Source of the DNA: Macrostomum hystrix
Taxonomy: Eukaryota; Animalia; Platyhelminthes
Length of the DNA: 64,000 bases
Direction of reading: 5' to 3'
Assembly (NCBI GenBank): GCA_950097015.1
Contig: CATNEN010000011.1
Coordinates: 4,092,001-4,156,000 of the forward strand
Position numbers and translations under genes: made by a program. Each line of letters begins with the position of its first letter. Position 1 is the stretch's first letter. Shown here piece by piece: positions 61,494 to 64,000 of this stretch. The notes beneath the pieces are model-generated. The model ran no database searches. It saw only the letters and a list, made by a program, of their open reading frames with translations, and was not told where the DNA came from.

Positions 61494-63025
61494 ATGACTC
61501 AATGTGAGTCAAGTGCAGCCACCAGTGCTAACCATCATCTCACAGATGCACTCCAGTCACTAGAGCGGCTGGCGCTAGATGTTGATCCAGACGAAGGCCC
61601 CCTGACTGGCCTAGACACAGAAGCCTCGTGGTTGGCCTCGGAGCTGCGTGAAATTCGTGAGCGCCTTCGAAATGTTCTCCTGCGAGTGGAGACGCCTCGG
61701 ACGCTGCCACCTGTACCTGCTGTGCCACCACTGCATCTTTCGAATGCAAGGATTTACATTTTAACTAGATGTTTCACAGTTATCATTGTTGTAGCCTTAT
61801 AATCTAGCGTTTCTCGTGAATCGCAGGACGCCGGAAACAATGTTCAACTGCGCCGGATTTTGCGTCAGCGTCGAGCGTTGACTAAAGCTGACTGCGAGTT
61901 CGCGCTGAACCTGGCTAGGTCCGCCTGTCCAACTGGGGCTCGCCTGCTGTTTGTCGGTCGGGTTCGTTGTCCCTGGCTAGCGGAGGCTGCGGCCAGGGCT
62001 ACAGTGGAAGTTGCTGACGCAAGGCTAGTGTGCGTCTACTCACAGGTGACATTGTACTTTGTTGGTAGCTGCATGAAGTGTTAAACAGTATAGGATAAGC
62101 ATCTGGTCTATATAATTTCGAAAGAAAATAATAGACCTAGAGAATGGTTAGAGAACAGCCATTTGGCTAGAGACCTAGCCAAAGTGGGATTGCCAGATGT
62201 ACAGCAGGAGCTTTTATTTTATTTCCTGCATGATGCAAATCGATGACGCAACGAATGTAGCACGTCGGTTTGCCTTAACTTAACGGTGGTATTTCAAATG
62301 CCCACATTTTTCTTTTTTTCTGTATCTCCAAAATATTCCACCAATCGCCGTGAAAATCCAGAACATGGCCTAAAATAGCGTGGTGCTTCTACTGTTAAAG
62401 GAGGGTTAGTAGCCAGGTGCTGCAAGCCGGACCCACCAGCCCTGGCTATAAAATAAATACCCCAAAAATACGCTTGGTGTCGTCGCGGCGCTAGCCAATG
62501 AAAAGCATCAGACAGAAAAGGCAGGGAGGGTTTAAGGTCAGCGGCTTTCCCCCAGCCTATCGGCACACGCAGTGGGGGAAGAAAGTGGAGGGAATGAGGC
62601 GTAACTCCCTAGCCCAGAGGCTCACCCCACCTCCTCCTGACCCAGCCGAGTGGCCTGTACCAAAAACAAGTACAAAAGTAAAAGTACAAATGTTATATTA
62701 TCTGATAATCAGCTATCCATTGCTCCGGCAGGCTATTCGTCAGACGCTGTCTCCGGCGTCGAGTCATGAGCGTGCAGCCGTCGGTGTACAAGATGTCACC
62801 CTGGGCAGCGGGGGCGAAGGCTTGCTGTCCATGGTGGAGGCGGCGCACTTTTGCCAGCATCTTGGCAGGCCGCACTGGGCCGAGCTGCTCTGCCTGCCAG
62901 TTGAACTATCCGACTGCCCGCAGTGGCTGCTCTACGCTGATGCAGCTTGGAAAGCTTTGATGGAATCTCCGTCGACTGCCAGTCGTCTGGTTGGGACGCC
63001 GCTGCGCAGACTTTGTCTCGCTCAG
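61494..63025 (+). CDS. 5' part of a multi-exon gene; possible degenerate RlaP/YcgL-like (Pol-beta superfamily) nucleotidyltransferase fold; probably continues past the window
   Basis: ATG at 61494. The first intron is poorly defined and must remove the TAA at 61800. Exon ~61827-62045 ends in a phase-0 donor, and exon 62732-63025 has phase 0 at both ends. The coding status is well supported; the family call is weak. Confidence 0.5.
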
Positions 63026-63128
63026 GTGAGCCCTTATGACTAAATTTATATTCGTTGGGGGAATGGTACGACCGGCAGTCTATTGGGATTCTTCCCATTC
63101 GCCTGACCCTGACTCGTAATAATAGTTA

Positions 63129-63280
63129 GTTACACCTGTCCTAATTAGGCTAGATGTGTAGCCAACAGCACACTGCCGCAGCCATGGCGCTGCTGGACTG
63201 GGGAGACGCCATGCGTGGCCCCAATTTACCCCAGCTAATTCTGGTGCCCATTTAACAGTTAGTTAAACTGAAACAGTGCA
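63129..63280 (-). mobile_element. SINE family B, 5'-truncated
   Basis: Reverse complement of the CORE 3' half and tail (ttacacctgtcctaattagg...cccagctaattctggtgcccatttaacag). Confidence 0.7.
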
Positions 63281-63287
63281 GAACAGA

Positions 63288-63652
63288 GGGGGCTTGAGTG
63301 GCAGAGCGGTAAAGGCTTACCCTCTCGCACCAAGGTCCCTGAGCTCGATTCCTGAGCGCGGTGAGGCCACGTTCATTTAGGGCGCCGCCGCGGAGAGAAG
63401 GCTTGGGGACTAGTATTGCAATTTACGCCCTTGAGGGCCAACCTCCAAGGCGCAGTGAGAGTGTACACTGCCTAATGATGAGAAAGTCAGGGCAGATGTA
63501 CACCTGTGTGAGCGTGTGCCTGTGTACAGTATCTGAGTGCATGTGTGCTCAGGAGTCAGCGAAATGGGCAGAACTGCCTCCTCGCTGGCTGCGGGTCTAG
63601 TGTCACCAAATGATGTACCATTGCCCGCAGCCCTCCTCCAATTATTACTATA
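63288..63652 (+). mobile_element. SINE family A, full length
   Basis: Head gagtggcagagcggtaaag...gagctcgattcc, body, and tail ccaattatta. Confidence 0.88.
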
Positions 63653-64000
63653 TTTTTAACAGTGCAGAGTTGATTGTCTCGTTGTTATAAGACTAAAATT
63701 GTATTAGTAGTCAAGAATCGAAACTCCCCCCCGACCTTTCGGCTAACCACTGGGCTACGACCCCCTTGACCCATGAGCACGCACTCAAACAGCTCTCTGT
63801 ACATGTGCGGAGTTGACTGTACAGAGCATCAAGGGCGTAAATTGCAATACTAGTCCCCAAGTCTTCAATCCGCTACCGCGCAGGGGATTCGAACTCATGG
63901 AATCGAAAAAGCCGATCGAGTTCCTTAATTTCTTTAATATCTACTTGTCAGTAGGCGATCTCAGACATGGCTTTGTTGAATGATTCCACCGCCACAAACA

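Noticed and set aside
62300-62650. GC-rich intronic segment resembling a LINE 5' UTR or HDV-like ribozyme
   Set aside because: No pseudoknot could be assembled and there is no second copy in the window.

Overview
This is eukaryotic (animal) genomic DNA with GT-AG introns, GC-rich exons, AT-rich introns, many minisatellites and tRNA-derived SINEs. The style suggests a free-living flatworm such as Macrostomum, but that is an inference only. Gene models were assembled by hand with splice-phase checks. On the minus strand: a small MGCGGSK-starting poly-Q protein (~1.7-3.4 kb), a 15-exon ~3299-aa apolipophorin/apoB-like lipid transfer protein (13030-28218), Rab2 (33455-37156) and a C9orf72 homologue (42847-45742). 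On the plus strand: a 7-exon 557-aa SRCR-SRCR-ZP protein (7290-11960), an orphan protein ending in a CaaX box (29863-31399), an orphan exon (39051-39567) and the start of a gene with a possible degenerate RlaP/YcgL-like nucleotidyltransferase fold (61494 to beyond 63025). A five-copy cluster of secreted PAN/apple + C-type lectin genes (four minus, one inverted plus) spans 47917-58350. Mobile DNA includes a decayed R1/LOA-type LINE, a Gypsy integrase tail, a Tc1 deletion derivative, hAT-Charlie-like and other MITEs, and at least two SINE families, one of them CORE-type. There is no prokaryotic operon or CRISPR array, and most long ORFs in the supplied track are artefacts of tandem repeats. The best candidate for an undescribed system is the lectin cluster, which has a near-invariant PAN module and a variable, non-canonical lectin binding region.
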